Positions 34,817-44,257 of a DNA stretch of 64,000 nt are shown piece by piece; the first letter of the stretch is position 1; every line of letters starts with the position of its first letter. The notes below the pieces were generated by a model. It did no database searches. It was not told the origin of the DNA and saw nothing but the letters and a program-made list of their open reading frames with translations. Source of the DNA: Anaerovoracaceae bacterium. GTDB taxonomy: Bacteria > Bacillota > Clostridia > Peptostreptococcales > Anaerovoracaceae. The position numbers and the translations under genes are program-made. The stretch lies in contig JBHADF010000047.1 in assembly GCA_041854955.1 (NCBI GenBank), forward strand, positions 815 through 64,814, in the 5' to 3' direction.

Positions 34817-35932
34817 CTAATTGTTTGTAATCCTTACGGGAAGCACCAGATATTCATAGTGATTTCCGTTTATAGGCCTTATAAGGCAAGGGCTTACACT
34901 GTTGTTGAATAACAGACTTATTTCTTCATCATCTATAGCCTTAAGGGCATCTATTATATATTTTGAGTTAAAGCCTATTACGAGATCATCTCCGAATTTT
35001 GAAATTATAACATTTTCCTTAACATTTCCTTCTTCGGATTTGGATGTTATCTCTATGTTATTTTCTACTATATCGAATTTTACAAGGTTATTCTTTCCAA
35101 CCTTTGCTAAAAGAGAAGCTCTCTCTATAGATTCCAAAAGATCTGATTTATTCACTATAACCTTTATCTTGCTTTCGGAAGGAAGAATTTCATTATATTT
35201 TATAAATTCCCCGTCCAAAAGTCTGAGTACAACCTTTATATCTTCTATTACAAAGGTTACTCTCTTATCGTTTATATACATATCCACAGTCTTTTCTTCT
35301 GTTTCCGACTCGGATATTATCTTTCCTATTTCAGAGATAATTTTAGCCGGTATGATAACCTTTTTTTCTGTGGAATTCTTTATGCCTTCACGGGCTATGG
35401 CCATTCTAAAGCCGTCCAGAGAAACCATATTGAGAGATTCTTCCGTCATTTCCAGGAGAACACCTGTAATAACACCCCTCGATTCATCTATGGAAGCTGC
35501 AAAGGATGTCTTCTTAATCATATCCTTAAGGATTTCCTTATCGAATACTACCTTTTCCCTTTCTTCTTCACTTAAGGAAAGCTTTGGAAATTCATCGGAG
35601 GATGAGCCTACGATGTTGAATTGAGAATTTGAGCAGCTTATCATAACATTATTGTCCTGATTTTCTACCAAAATATTTTCATTGGGAAGCTTTCTTATTA
35701 TGTCGCCGAAAAGCTTGGCTTGAACCACTATTTCTCCCGGTTGAAAATCTTCTACCTGGAAAGTTTTCTCTATGGTTAAATCTAAATCTGAAGCGGACAT
35801 GGTAAGTAGACCATTTTCATCAACCTTTAATAAAATTCCTTTAAGTATGGGAATTGTAGTTCTGGATGTAACCGCTTTTGATACTATATTAAGGGCCTTT
35901 GATAATATCTGCTGCTTGCAAGAAAATTTCAT
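34817..35932 (-). CDS. dnaN: DNA polymerase III subunit beta (sliding clamp)
   Basis: 371 aa. MKF.C....L.KAL..VSKAV..RTTIPIL.GILL start. Lies directly downstream of dnaA/oriC. Confidence 0.95.
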   Translation of the reverse strand: MKFSCKQQILSKALNIVSKAVTSRTTIPILKGILLKVDENGLLTMSASDLDLTIEKTFQVEDFQPGEIVVQAKLFGDIIRKLPNENILVENQDNNVMISCSNSQFNIVGSSSDEFPKLSLSEEEREKVVFDKEILKDMIKKTSFAASIDESRGVITGVLLEMTEESLNMVSLDGFRMAIAREGIKNSTEKKVIIPAKIISEIGKIISESETEEKTVDMYINDKRVTFVIEDIKVVLRLLDGEFIKYNEILPSESKIKVIVNKSDLLESIERASLLAKVGKNNLVKFDIVENNIEITSKSEEGNVKENVIISKFGDDLVIGFNSKYIIDALKAIDDEEISLLFNNSVSPCLIRPINGNHYEYLVLPVRITNN

Positions 35933-36110
35933 TTTTTAACCTCCGCTTTTTATCAATCTTTTATTTTTTTTGTAGTAATAGTAGTAGTAGGGGCTGTGGA
36001 ATCTGTGGATAACTTTTAGGAGTATTATAATTACTCAAAAATTTATTCTTTTTAACCTGTGGATAAGTCTGAAAATTTATCCTAACAGCTTATAGTAAAA
36101 ATTTAATAAG
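35933..36110. other. oriC, dnaA-dnaN intergenic part (unwinding element)
   Basis: AT-rich tract at 35951-35972. Six TAG/TAA trinucleotide repeats at 35973-35990. GGGC cluster. Degenerate box TGTGGAATC at 35995-36003. Perfect DnaA boxes (TGTGGATAA) at 36004-36012 and 36058-36066. Imperfect box TTATCCTAA at 36077-36085. Confidence 0.85.
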
Positions 36111-37493
36111 CTACTCCTTTATTTCTCTTTTAAGATTTTCTATAACCTCACTTAAGCCCTCTTCGTTTTTTATGTCCTCTTCTATTTTTTCACAGGCATA
36201 TTTAACGGTGGTATGGTGTTTGCCTCCGAAATATTTTCCTATCTGAGGTAGTGAGCTGTCTGTCATTTCCCTTATGAGATACATGGCTATTTGCCTTGGA
36301 AATGCTATATTATTAGTCTTTTTATTAGATTCAAGTTCCGATAGTTTAATTCCGTATTTTTGGCACACGGCCTTTTTTATTCTTTCCGGAGTGACGGATA
36401 ATTCGCCACTGTTCGATATTATATTTTTTAAAACACGCTTTGCCATAGCCTTATCCGGCTTATCACCTACCAGGACGGACAGAGAAACGGTACTGTTAAA
36501 GGCACCCTCCATTTCCCTCACATTATCCTTTATCTTTTCGGCTATGGTTACGATTACCTCTTCCAGATCCTTATCCATATTTATTTTCATATTTTTAGCC
36601 ATCCGCTCTAAAATAGCTACTCTCGTTTCATAGTCCGGCGGCTGAATATCGGCTATAAGGTTCCAGTTAAATCGAGATCTAAGCCTTTCATTGAGATTTA
36701 CCAATTTATTGGGAGCTCTGTCGCTGGAAATTATGATCTGCTTGTTTTCACCGTAAAGGGTGTTAAAGGTGTGGAAAAATTCTTCCTGTGTACTTTCTTT
36801 ATTCTCTATAAATTGAATATCATCTATTATGAGTACGTCAACTTTTCTGTATTTTGACTTAAACTCATTTATCTTTCTTTCTCCTAAGGCTCTTATAAGC
36901 TCCGTGGTAAAGGTTTCGCTGTCGGTATAAAGCACATTGAGCTTAGGATTGTTTTTTAGAATATGTATTCCTATAGCCTGTATTAAATGAGTTTTTCCCA
37001 AGCCGGAGCCTCCGTATATAAAAAGAGGATTATATGCATCCGAAGGAGATTCGGCTACGGCCAAAGCAGCTGCATGGGCATATTTATTGCTGTTTCCGAC
37101 TACGAAGTTTTCGAAGGAATGCTTGGGATTAAGCATATTTTCCTTATCCAGCTTCTTTTCCACATGCTTCTTTTTGGAATTTAAAATCTCAGGCTCAGAA
37201 GCTTCCCCTGAATTTGAAAGTTCTTCAGCCTCCTTTATGACAACACGAAAATCACCTTCCAAAACTATTTTGAAGGCTTCCTCCAAGGAAGGGATATATC
37301 TGTTTTTTAAAACATTGATGATAATATCTTGGGAAACGCTGTTTTCAGGACGAACCTGAATATATGCTATATTCAGCTCCGTGTCGATTTTGGATATTTG
37401 AAGGGGGAGAAACCAGGTCTGAAAGCAGGTTTGAGTATTATTTTCCATCAAAATTTCCAAAACGGAATTCCAAATTCTTTCATAAGTGTTCAT
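36111..37493 (-). CDS. dnaA: Chromosomal replication initiator protein DnaA
   Basis: 460 aa from MNTYERIWNSVLEIL. AAA+ Walker A (GGSGLGKTHL), Walker B (LIIDDIQF) and a domain IV motif (HTTVKYACEKI). The 43 upstream codons in the track ORF are rejected as non-DnaA-like. Confidence 0.95.
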   Translation of the reverse strand: MNTYERIWNSVLEILMENNTQTCFQTWFLPLQISKIDTELNIAYIQVRPENSVSQDIIINVLKNRYIPSLEEAFKIVLEGDFRVVIKEAEELSNSGEASEPEILNSKKKHVEKKLDKENMLNPKHSFENFVVGNSNKYAHAAALAVAESPSDAYNPLFIYGGSGLGKTHLIQAIGIHILKNNPKLNVLYTDSETFTTELIRALGERKINEFKSKYRKVDVLIIDDIQFIENKESTQEEFFHTFNTLYGENKQIIISSDRAPNKLVNLNERLRSRFNWNLIADIQPPDYETRVAILERMAKNMKINMDKDLEEVIVTIAEKIKDNVREMEGAFNSTVSLSVLVGDKPDKAMAKRVLKNIISNSGELSVTPERIKKAVCQKYGIKLSELESNKKTNNIAFPRQIAMYLIREMTDSSLPQIGKYFGGKHHTTVKYACEKIEEDIKNEEGLSEVIENLKREIKE

Positions 37494-37583
37494 ACAACCA
37501 CATACCTTTTCTGTTTTATTAGCACATTTCATTGTATAACAAAAACGAAATGAAAACAAGTGAAAAAGCTGACAATGAAAATA

Positions 37584-37688
37584 TGGGGATAAATATAGGT
37601 TTTTTAACCTGTCAAGGAGCATATAAACAACTAAATATAGTCAAAAAATCAAAAGTTTTCCTCAATTTTATCCACAAGTTGTGGATAA
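37584..37688. other. oriC, dnaA-upstream DnaA-box cluster
   Basis: Convergent perfect boxes: TTATCCACA at 37668-37676 and TGTGGATAA at 37680-37688. A one-mismatch box (TGGGGATAA) is at 37584-37592. Confidence 0.8.
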
Positions 37689-37718
37689 GTCTTTTTAATC
37701 AGCAGCTATACTAAAATA

Positions 37719-37747
37719 TCGACACAGTCTTAACCAAGTGGTACAAT
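37719..37747 (+). promoter_or_regulatory. Promoter of the SWIM/large-protein operon
   Basis: TCGACA, 17 nt spacer, TACAAT (preceded by TGG). Lies 30 bp downstream of the DnaA-box pair and 36 nt upstream of the ATG. Confidence 0.55.
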
Positions 37748-37783
37748 GAACCTATATATAATTCTTTGTAATTAGGGGGAAAT

Positions 37784-39133
37784 ATGAGAGAATTTAGGGA
37801 CGAGTCAAAACTCTACAATGGAAATTTGGCACTGGCATTGGCACCTGCCTTAACACCTAAGGGAATAGAAAAGGATCCGATTTTCTTTAAGGGCGATATT
37901 GTAAATCCTCTGATTTTTTCAAGAGGCTTAATTGTATTGTCGGATATAGTTTCCACAAGGTATTTCAATTATGTGCCTGTAGCCCTTAGAGATCCGGTTT
38001 TGTCGGCCCAAGGAAACATGCTTAGAGCCGAGTGCTTTTCCGCCTGTAATGGAGTTTATGCCAGACTGGATTTGTTTCAGGAGGGTTTATACGGAGATAT
38101 TTCCTACGGTACTACCAATGTGGATATAGGTACAGAGCTTCGCAAGGCTCTCATAGATGTGAAACAGGGAGACAAGCTTAGGCTTAATATAGGAAATGAG
38201 GGTTTAGGTGCATTTCACAGCATCAAAGAAGAGGAAGGCTACTCTTCCGGCATAAAGTTTATCAGGCAGAGACCTGTGGAGATGCCGGACAGATGGATAA
38301 GAGCCCTGGGAAACTGTGCGGAAATTCATCGTGATATGGAGCTGATTTTCACCATAGAGGGCATGGGAGCGAAAAACTTTATAGCCACCCTGCCTCCCGT
38401 TACTGGGAAGGAACAGGCCGGCTGGCTCACCTATACTAAGAACGGTCTAAAGCTCATGCCGAGAGAATCAAAGGATAGCGTGTACATCAGCGGAATACAC
38501 AGGCTAAGCAGCTTAAAAAGACTTATGAGCGATGTCCGCTCCATAGCCTTCTACGGACCTAAAGCAGGGGAAAAGGGTCCTGTTATGGTAGAAGTCAGAA
38601 TGGACAATACTAATCTTACTCTGAGCTTAACGGCTAAAAGCTATCAGGGCTATTCGGGGGAAGGAGCTTTGCTGGAGTCCCTGTCAACCCTTGAAGCTGT
38701 GGAAAACTCCGACAGAATAAGTGAGCTCCTCTGCTTTGAATCTAAAATAGACAAGGAAGATATAAGCAAAAAATTAAGTCTTACAAAAGCTGAGACGGAT
38801 TACGCCCTGGGATTGTTGGCGGTTTCCGGCAAATTAGGCTACGATGGGAATAAACAGGCATATTTTCACAGAGAGCTGCCCGATGAACCTGAAAGAGTTT
38901 TAAAGGATAATCCCAGATTGAAGGCGGCGAGAAATCTTTTGGAAAATACCGAATACATGGGAGAAAATCGCTGGTCTGTCAGGTCAAAGGACTCGGAATA
39001 CAGAGTTTTCTACGACGGAAATGAAACCATAGAAAAGGCCAAGTGCACCTGCACCTGGTATCTGAAATACCAAAACAGCAGAGGCCCCTGTAAACATATT
39101 TTGGCGGCAAAGCTGAAATCGGAAGAAAAGTAG
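37784..39133 (+). CDS. SWIM zinc-finger family protein, function unknown
   Basis: 449 aa. The C-terminal CTCTWYLKYQNSRGPCKH fits the SWIM CxCxnCxH signature. GGGGGA RBS. No other recognisable motif. Confidence 0.8.
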   Translation: MREFRDESKLYNGNLALALAPALTPKGIEKDPIFFKGDIVNPLIFSRGLIVLSDIVSTRYFNYVPVALRDPVLSAQGNMLRAECFSACNGVYARLDLFQEGLYGDISYGTTNVDIGTELRKALIDVKQGDKLRLNIGNEGLGAFHSIKEEEGYSSGIKFIRQRPVEMPDRWIRALGNCAEIHRDMELIFTIEGMGAKNFIATLPPVTGKEQAGWLTYTKNGLKLMPRESKDSVYISGIHRLSSLKRLMSDVRSIAFYGPKAGEKGPVMVEVRMDNTNLTLSLTAKSYQGYSGEGALLESLSTLEAVENSDRISELLCFESKIDKEDISKKLSLTKAETDYALGLLAVSGKLGYDGNKQAYFHRELPDEPERVLKDNPRLKAARNLLENTEYMGENRWSVRSKDSEYRVFYDGNETIEKAKCTCTWYLKYQNSRGPCKHILAAKLKSEEK

Positions 39134-39179
39134 AGTTTTCTAAAAGAGTCGGATAAGGAGCCGGATTAAAGGAGGAAAA

Positions 39180-42100
39180 ATGGCAAGTAAATTGGAAAAG
39201 GCCGTAGAAATATATAAGTCCTTAGGTTATGAGGAAAAGGATTTTGACCATATATTGGAATTGGGAATAGGCACCAAAGAAGAGCAGAAAATAGCCAAGG
39301 AAGGCTTAAAATCGGGGGAATGGACCGAGTTTAAGCAGCTTTCTCCCAACTCCTACGGCATTGTAAAGGTCATAGATGTGGATTTATCCAAGCTGGCCAT
39401 CTTCGCCATAAGGGTGGGCGTGGATGCGGCAAGGGCTGCCAACATTTTGGGAAAAAGCGGCAAGGTTGCACTGGACGCCATTTCTCAGCGAGGAGAAAAA
39501 TATGCCCTGGATTTCATAAGCAAGGCCTCCTCATCCCGCAGGCGTGCCTGGGAGCATTCATCCAGCGTCTACGGCATGCTTTGCGTAAACCTTGTTCACA
39601 ATATGAATTTGGAAATCCCCCAATCCGTTGAATATATTAAGGATTGGGCGGTTCATGCCGGCGTCTCTATGGGGGTTTTAAAGGCAGACAGAGGCTATGA
39701 TGAGGACTTTGCACCTTCAAGGGATGAGATAAAGAGAAGGTTTGGGGAGCACATCGAAGTGGGCATTTCTAACAATGCTCCCGCCACAGGCCCCTTTAGC
39801 GATGTATTTTTGGCAGGCCTTAAGGAAGGCCTCATAACGAAAAAGAAAGCTAAGGAATCAGCCTTTTTCGCCTTGGATATGGCCCTCAGACCGGGAGACA
39901 GAAAGGCGTGGATGGGCATCTTAAAGGAAATAGGCATAGATGAAGGAGATATTCTCTCTAAAGGCGAGGCCCTTATTCCACTCATAGCCTTAGGAGAGAC
40001 TGCCGTAACGGAGACCTTTGCACCTGTGCTCATCGAAAAGGGAAGAGAAGATATTTTGCCGGATATTTTAATAGCTTCTACAGCGGGAAGTGCAAAGAAA
40101 ATAAAGGAGCTGGTACTTAGGTCGGCCCTTAAGAGGGAAAGGCCTGAGTCCTGCCAAGCTTTAAGGGAATGGTTTTCTATGCTCAAAACTGATAAGGATA
40201 AAAACATAATAAAGCTGGCAGAAAAGGTAGAAAAAGCTTGGAATATAGAGACGGAGGAGGATGAAAATTCTCAGAAAAATGTTCATATTCAGGGTCTTTG
40301 GCAGGAAAGACCTCAGCTTAAAGGGGTTCCGAAATTTTCTTTAGAAGAGATTTCCTTTGAAGCCTTGACGGAGCTTGCAGCGGAGATTTCCAACAGGCAG
40401 GCGGAGGTTTCCGATTTGCTCTTTGAAAAGTTCCTGGCTTCCGTCAACAGGATGGCCTATGAAAATCCGGAGGAAACCAAGCTGAGCCTCATGGGGATAA
40501 AAATTGATGACCGAGATTTCTCCATATTGGGAAATTGGGCCAGAAACAAGGATATAGTCAACACTTTGGACGGATACAGCAGTTTTTGGGTTGAAGGCAG
40601 CGATGAAGTCAGAAGGAGAAATATAAGCGAACTGATGCACGCCCGTAATTTTAATATATGCAGCCATATTCAGGAAATCCCCTGTATCCTTTCTACACCC
40701 AGCTTTGAGGACCTGTCCATCACATTAAAGGATTTGACAGACAGGCTGTTAAAATACAAGGAAGAGAAGAAAACAAGTGTATTGGAGCCGGATCTGCAGC
40801 TGGCCCTTACAAGGCTGGATGTAAGCTCTGCCAATGAAGAGGACATCAGAAGGCTGAAGGATATTAAGCTGAGAGTGAAGATGCCCGACGGAGAAAGCCT
40901 ACGTAAGGAGGATAACAGCCCCGTAGCTCTTGGGGATGTGGTGGCGGATTACTTGAAAGACCCCTATGTGGAGCCTGATTTTGACCCTGAAAGGAATTCC
41001 CTTTGGAGCGTGGATATAGAAATGCCCAAAAGCCTCCGCCATTTCCCTAACAGATTTTCATATAACAGAGATGCCTTGTTTTCCGTATTTCCTTTATGGG
41101 GAGATTTTGCCCTTACCTGTGTAAGGAGAGATACGGAGGTATATCACGGCCAGGGGCTCATATTGAAGCAGGTGGCAAAGAGGAGGGAACCCTTCCCCAA
41201 AGGGGCTCTCATGAACCTTTTGGCCATACATAGCTATTGGAGCGACGAAAACAGCGCTGACCTGATAGAAGCCACAAAGGAAGCTTGGGACAGAGGTTTG
41301 CTCGTAGAAGGAAGGGCCGATGCCAGATACTTGTCTTGGAGATGGAAGGAGTTTTCCAATTTAGCAAGGCTGGCAGATTCCATGGATCAGATAGCACGAG
41401 ACGGAATGCTTTCTCTCCCCTGGCAGGCGGCTGACGACATAATCAGTGAATCTTTAAAAGCACCTCGAATGTTTTCCGGCACGGCGGAGTTGGCAAAATT
41501 CATAGAGAAATATCTGGATGAGGTTATCTTCGCTGTTGAAAAGGGCATAGCAAAACCGGAGGTTCTGGAGCTTAAGGGTATAAGGGGGCTGGCACAGAAA
41601 AAGGGAACTTCGGCTGCCGTGGAGACGGCAAAGGAGATTGTGGCTAAAACAGACAGCTCCGGCCTATTTAAAAAGTCTGTGGAGACAGGAAAAGCTAAAG
41701 GGAAAAAGGAGGAAAGAGAGCAGGCTATACCTGTTCCTGAAATCCCCTTTGATGATGTTTGGAAGAAACCTAAAGAAGCAAGGCCTATAATAGATGACGG
41801 CGTATCCCTTAGGGTTGAACCCTTCGAAAAGCAGGGAAGAAAGCTTCTCCTCTTTACATTGATGCTGCCTGATAAAAAGGACAGGGAATACAAGGTGCTT
41901 ATCAACGGCTGGATATACGGTCTCGATAACGAAGGCCAGACCAGGGCTACGGAGGTGGCTATAGGTGAGGAGTTCCCCAAGGACGATCAAAAGGAGGTTT
42001 GGATTCACTGGAATACTGATGAAAAACGGATGGAGGTTTCCGATTTCCGAGATTGGAGAAACAATTCCAATGGCCCCCTCAAAGGAGAAGAAGCGCCTTT

Positions 42101-42572
42101 GTCCTCCTCTTTGCTGACTGTTATCATAGGCATGTTGGCTCAGGACGGCGATGCGATTTATTACGCATCCGGCACGGTGAAACGGAAGATAGGAACGGGC
42201 GAGATAGGGGCAGATATGATGAGGATGGCGGTAAAACAGCTGCTTTTCCATGAAGCTGTCAGCCCGGCCAAGCTGGTTCGCTTCCTTGAAAAAGAACCCG
42301 AGCTTTTACCTGTATGCTATGTAATGCTTACGGAATGTGTCCGCAAAGCCGGAGAACACACGGCTAAAGAGGGCCGACCGCCCCTATGGGTCAACAGAGT
42401 TCTGGATATCTGCATTTACCACGGATGTTACCTAAAGGAGGCTGCCGAAAGAGGCTTGATTTCCGGTGAAGAGGGGAAATGGCAAGGCCTTGAGGAAATC
42501 GCCGCCTGCAAAGCAAAATCCACAGCAGTGGAAAAGGCGAAAATATTTTCGGAGTTTATAAAAGAAAGCTGA
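39180..42572 (+). CDS. Large (1130 aa) soluble, apparently alpha-helical protein of unknown function, operonic with the SWIM protein
   Basis: AAAGGAGG RBS, 46 nt after the SWIM stop. I could find no signal peptide, TM segment, Walker A or catalytic motif. Confidence 0.75.
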   Translation: MASKLEKAVEIYKSLGYEEKDFDHILELGIGTKEEQKIAKEGLKSGEWTEFKQLSPNSYGIVKVIDVDLSKLAIFAIRVGVDAARAANILGKSGKVALDAISQRGEKYALDFISKASSSRRRAWEHSSSVYGMLCVNLVHNMNLEIPQSVEYIKDWAVHAGVSMGVLKADRGYDEDFAPSRDEIKRRFGEHIEVGISNNAPATGPFSDVFLAGLKEGLITKKKAKESAFFALDMALRPGDRKAWMGILKEIGIDEGDILSKGEALIPLIALGETAVTETFAPVLIEKGREDILPDILIASTAGSAKKIKELVLRSALKRERPESCQALREWFSMLKTDKDKNIIKLAEKVEKAWNIETEEDENSQKNVHIQGLWQERPQLKGVPKFSLEEISFEALTELAAEISNRQAEVSDLLFEKFLASVNRMAYENPEETKLSLMGIKIDDRDFSILGNWARNKDIVNTLDGYSSFWVEGSDEVRRRNISELMHARNFNICSHIQEIPCILSTPSFEDLSITLKDLTDRLLKYKEEKKTSVLEPDLQLALTRLDVSSANEEDIRRLKDIKLRVKMPDGESLRKEDNSPVALGDVVADYLKDPYVEPDFDPERNSLWSVDIEMPKSLRHFPNRFSYNRDALFSVFPLWGDFALTCVRRDTEVYHGQGLILKQVAKRREPFPKGALMNLLAIHSYWSDENSADLIEATKEAWDRGLLVEGRADARYLSWRWKEFSNLARLADSMDQIARDGMLSLPWQAADDIISESLKAPRMFSGTAELAKFIEKYLDEVIFAVEKGIAKPEVLELKGIRGLAQKKGTSAAVETAKEIVAKTDSSGLFKKSVETGKAKGKKEEREQAIPVPEIPFDDVWKKPKEARPIIDDGVSLRVEPFEKQGRKLLLFTLMLPDKKDREYKVLINGWIYGLDNEGQTRATEVAIGEEFPKDDQKEVWIHWNTDEKRMEVSDFRDWRNNSNGPLKGEEAPLSSSLLTVIIGMLAQDGDAIYYASGTVKRKIGTGEIGADMMRMAVKQLLFHEAVSPAKLVRFLEKEPELLPVCYVMLTECVRKAGEHTAKEGRPPLWVNRVLDICIYHGCYLKEAAERGLISGEEGKWQGLEEIAACKAKSTAVEKAKIFSEFIKES

Positions 42573-42701
42573 GAAATAGTTTTTAGGAAAACAAATTATT
42601 GAGGAGGGATAATGGGATGATTAAAAAAGCATATTAGCGGCCCTGCTTCTTTGCACTTTATTGATATTTTGCGGACTAAGCAACCTGTCATGATATTTTC
42701 A

Positions 42702-42730
42702 TTGACAAGGGCAGGGTATTAGCATATAAT
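42702..42730 (+). promoter_or_regulatory. Consensus sigma-A promoter of rpmH-rnpA
   Basis: TTGACA (42702-42707), 17 nt spacer, TATAAT (42725-42730). Confidence 0.75.
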
Positions 42731-42795
42731 ATTCAAGCGTATGTGCTTAGTGTAATTTAGATTAGCACAATAAATATTTGGAAAGGAGTCTTACT

Positions 42796-42930
42796 ATGAA
42801 ACAGACATATCAGCCTAAGAAAAGACAGAGAATGAAGGAACACGGCTTCAGAAAGAGAATGGCTACTAAGAACGGTAGAAATGTTTTGAAGAGAAGAAGA
42901 GCAAGAGGCAGAAAGCAGCTTACTGTTTAA
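42796..42930 (+). CDS. rpmH: 50S ribosomal protein L34
   Basis: Below the ORF-track size cutoff. Hand translation gives [51 protein letters not shown]. Confidence 0.95.
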   Translation: MKQTYQPKKRQRMKEHGFRKRMATKNGRNVLKRRRARGRKQLTV

Positions 42931-42961
42931 TTTCCTGTCGGTTTTAAGAAAGAAGCTAAAA

Positions 42962-43303
42962 ATGCTTAAAGAGAATGTTTTAAGACGAAAAGAAGATTTT
43001 TCCTCCATTTATAATCGAGGAAAATCTGTTGGAGACAGATATGTGGTCCTGTTTTACAGGGAAAACGGTCTCGCCTATAACAGGACAGGATTTTTAGCGA
43101 GTAAAAAAGTCGGAAACAGTGTGAAGAGAAACAGAGCCCGCCGGCTTATGAAAGAGAGCTATCGCCATTTGGAGGGAACCCTCCCTTTGGGGTACGATTT
43201 TATCATAATCGCCAGAAACACTATTTCAGACAGAAAATGCGCAGAGGTTGAAAGATCTCTAAGATCTGCATTTAAGAGAACCGGGGTAGTAGAAAAACGA
43301 TGA
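42962..43303 (+). CDS. rnpA: Ribonuclease P protein component
   Basis: 113 aa, basic. [18 protein letters not shown] is the RNR motif. Follows rpmH. Confidence 0.93.
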   Translation: MLKENVLRRKEDFSSIYNRGKSVGDRYVVLFYRENGLAYNRTGFLASKKVGNSVKRNRARRLMKESYRHLEGTLPLGYDFIIIARNTISDRKCAEVERSLRSAFKRTGVVEKR

Positions 43304-43509
43304 AAAGATTAATGATTTTGATGATAAGATTCTATCAGAGGTTTATTTCACCTTTATTTCCGCCAACCTGCCGGTTTTACCCTACCTGCTCCACTTATTT
43401 CATACAGGCTCTTGAAAAATACGGAGTTATAAAGGGTAGTTATTTAGGAATAAAACGAATTTCAAAGTGTCACCCCTGGCATAAGGGCGGTTATGACCCT
43501 TTGAAATAA
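43300..43509 (+). CDS. yidD: Membrane protein insertion efficiency factor YidD
   Basis: 69 aa. [22 protein letters not shown]...[11 protein letters not shown]. Confidence 0.93.
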   Translation: MKRLMILMIRFYQRFISPLFPPTCRFYPTCSTYFIQALEKYGVIKGSYLGIKRISKCHPWHKGGYDPLK

Positions 43510-43522
43510 TGGAGGAAATTTA

Positions 43523-44221
43523 ATGGGAATATTAGCAACGCCATTAGGATATTTGCTGACTATGCTTTACGGTGTTACAGCCAATTACGGTTTGGCAATC
43601 CTTTTCCTGACTTTAATCGTTATGCTTTGCCTGTATCCTTTTTATGCAAAGCAGATAAAGTCAACCCTTAAAATGGCGGAATTTCAGCCCAAGCAACAGG
43701 AAATTCAGCAAAAATACAAGGACGACCGTGCTTTGATGAATGAGAAGCTCATGGAGCTTTACCAAAAAGAAGGCGTTTCCATGTACGGCGGCTGCCTTCC
43801 TGCCATAGTCCAGATGATAGTGGTTATGGGACTGTTCTCCCTTTTGAGAAACCCTATGGCGCACATGACTTCGGACGGAATGCTCTATGCTATCCATGAA
43901 TCCTTTCTTTGGATACCGGATTTAGCACAGCCCGATAAGTGGATTCTTCCTATTTTGGCAGCAGTGGCCACCTTCTTTTCATTCAGTAATTCACAGGCGA
44001 CCCAGTCACCTATGAGCGGCCAGCAGGGAAAGATGATGACGGGAGCGATGAAGTTTTTCTTCCCTGTTATGATTCTTTGGATGGCCAGAAGCTATCCTGC
44101 AGGACTTGCCATATATTGGTTCGGCAGCCAGGTTATGAGAATTGTCTATAACGCAATATTTGCTCGCTGGAGAAAAAAGGCCGAAGCCGAAAAGGAAAAA
44201 GGAAAGAGAAAAAGAAAATAG
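43523..44221 (+). CDS. yidC: Membrane insertase YidC/Oxa1 (short Gram-positive type)
   Basis: 232 aa, 5 TM segments, a basic C-terminal tail. Conserved position after yidD. Confidence 0.9.
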   Translation: MGILATPLGYLLTMLYGVTANYGLAILFLTLIVMLCLYPFYAKQIKSTLKMAEFQPKQQEIQQKYKDDRALMNEKLMELYQKEGVSMYGGCLPAIVQMIVVMGLFSLLRNPMAHMTSDGMLYAIHESFLWIPDLAQPDKWILPILAAVATFFSFSNSQATQSPMSGQQGKMMTGAMKFFFPVMILWMARSYPAGLAIYWFGSQVMRIVYNAIFARWRKKAEAEKEKGKRKRK

Positions 44222-44257
44222 TACCGTACAGTTAGTACATTGGAGGAAAAAATAAAC

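Noticed and set aside
37494-37622. A 43-codon N-terminal extension of dnaA in the ORF track. Similar upstream extensions appear for PNP (to 16086), mnmE (45120), rsmG (48376), spo0J (49877), rplI (59006), atpA (3972) and DUF2148 (18520).
   Set aside because: The extensions are Cys/Phe/Leu-rich or overlap the preceding gene, and they lack RBSs. They also precede an internal Met that aligns with the canonical family N-terminus and has a good Shine-Dalgarno.
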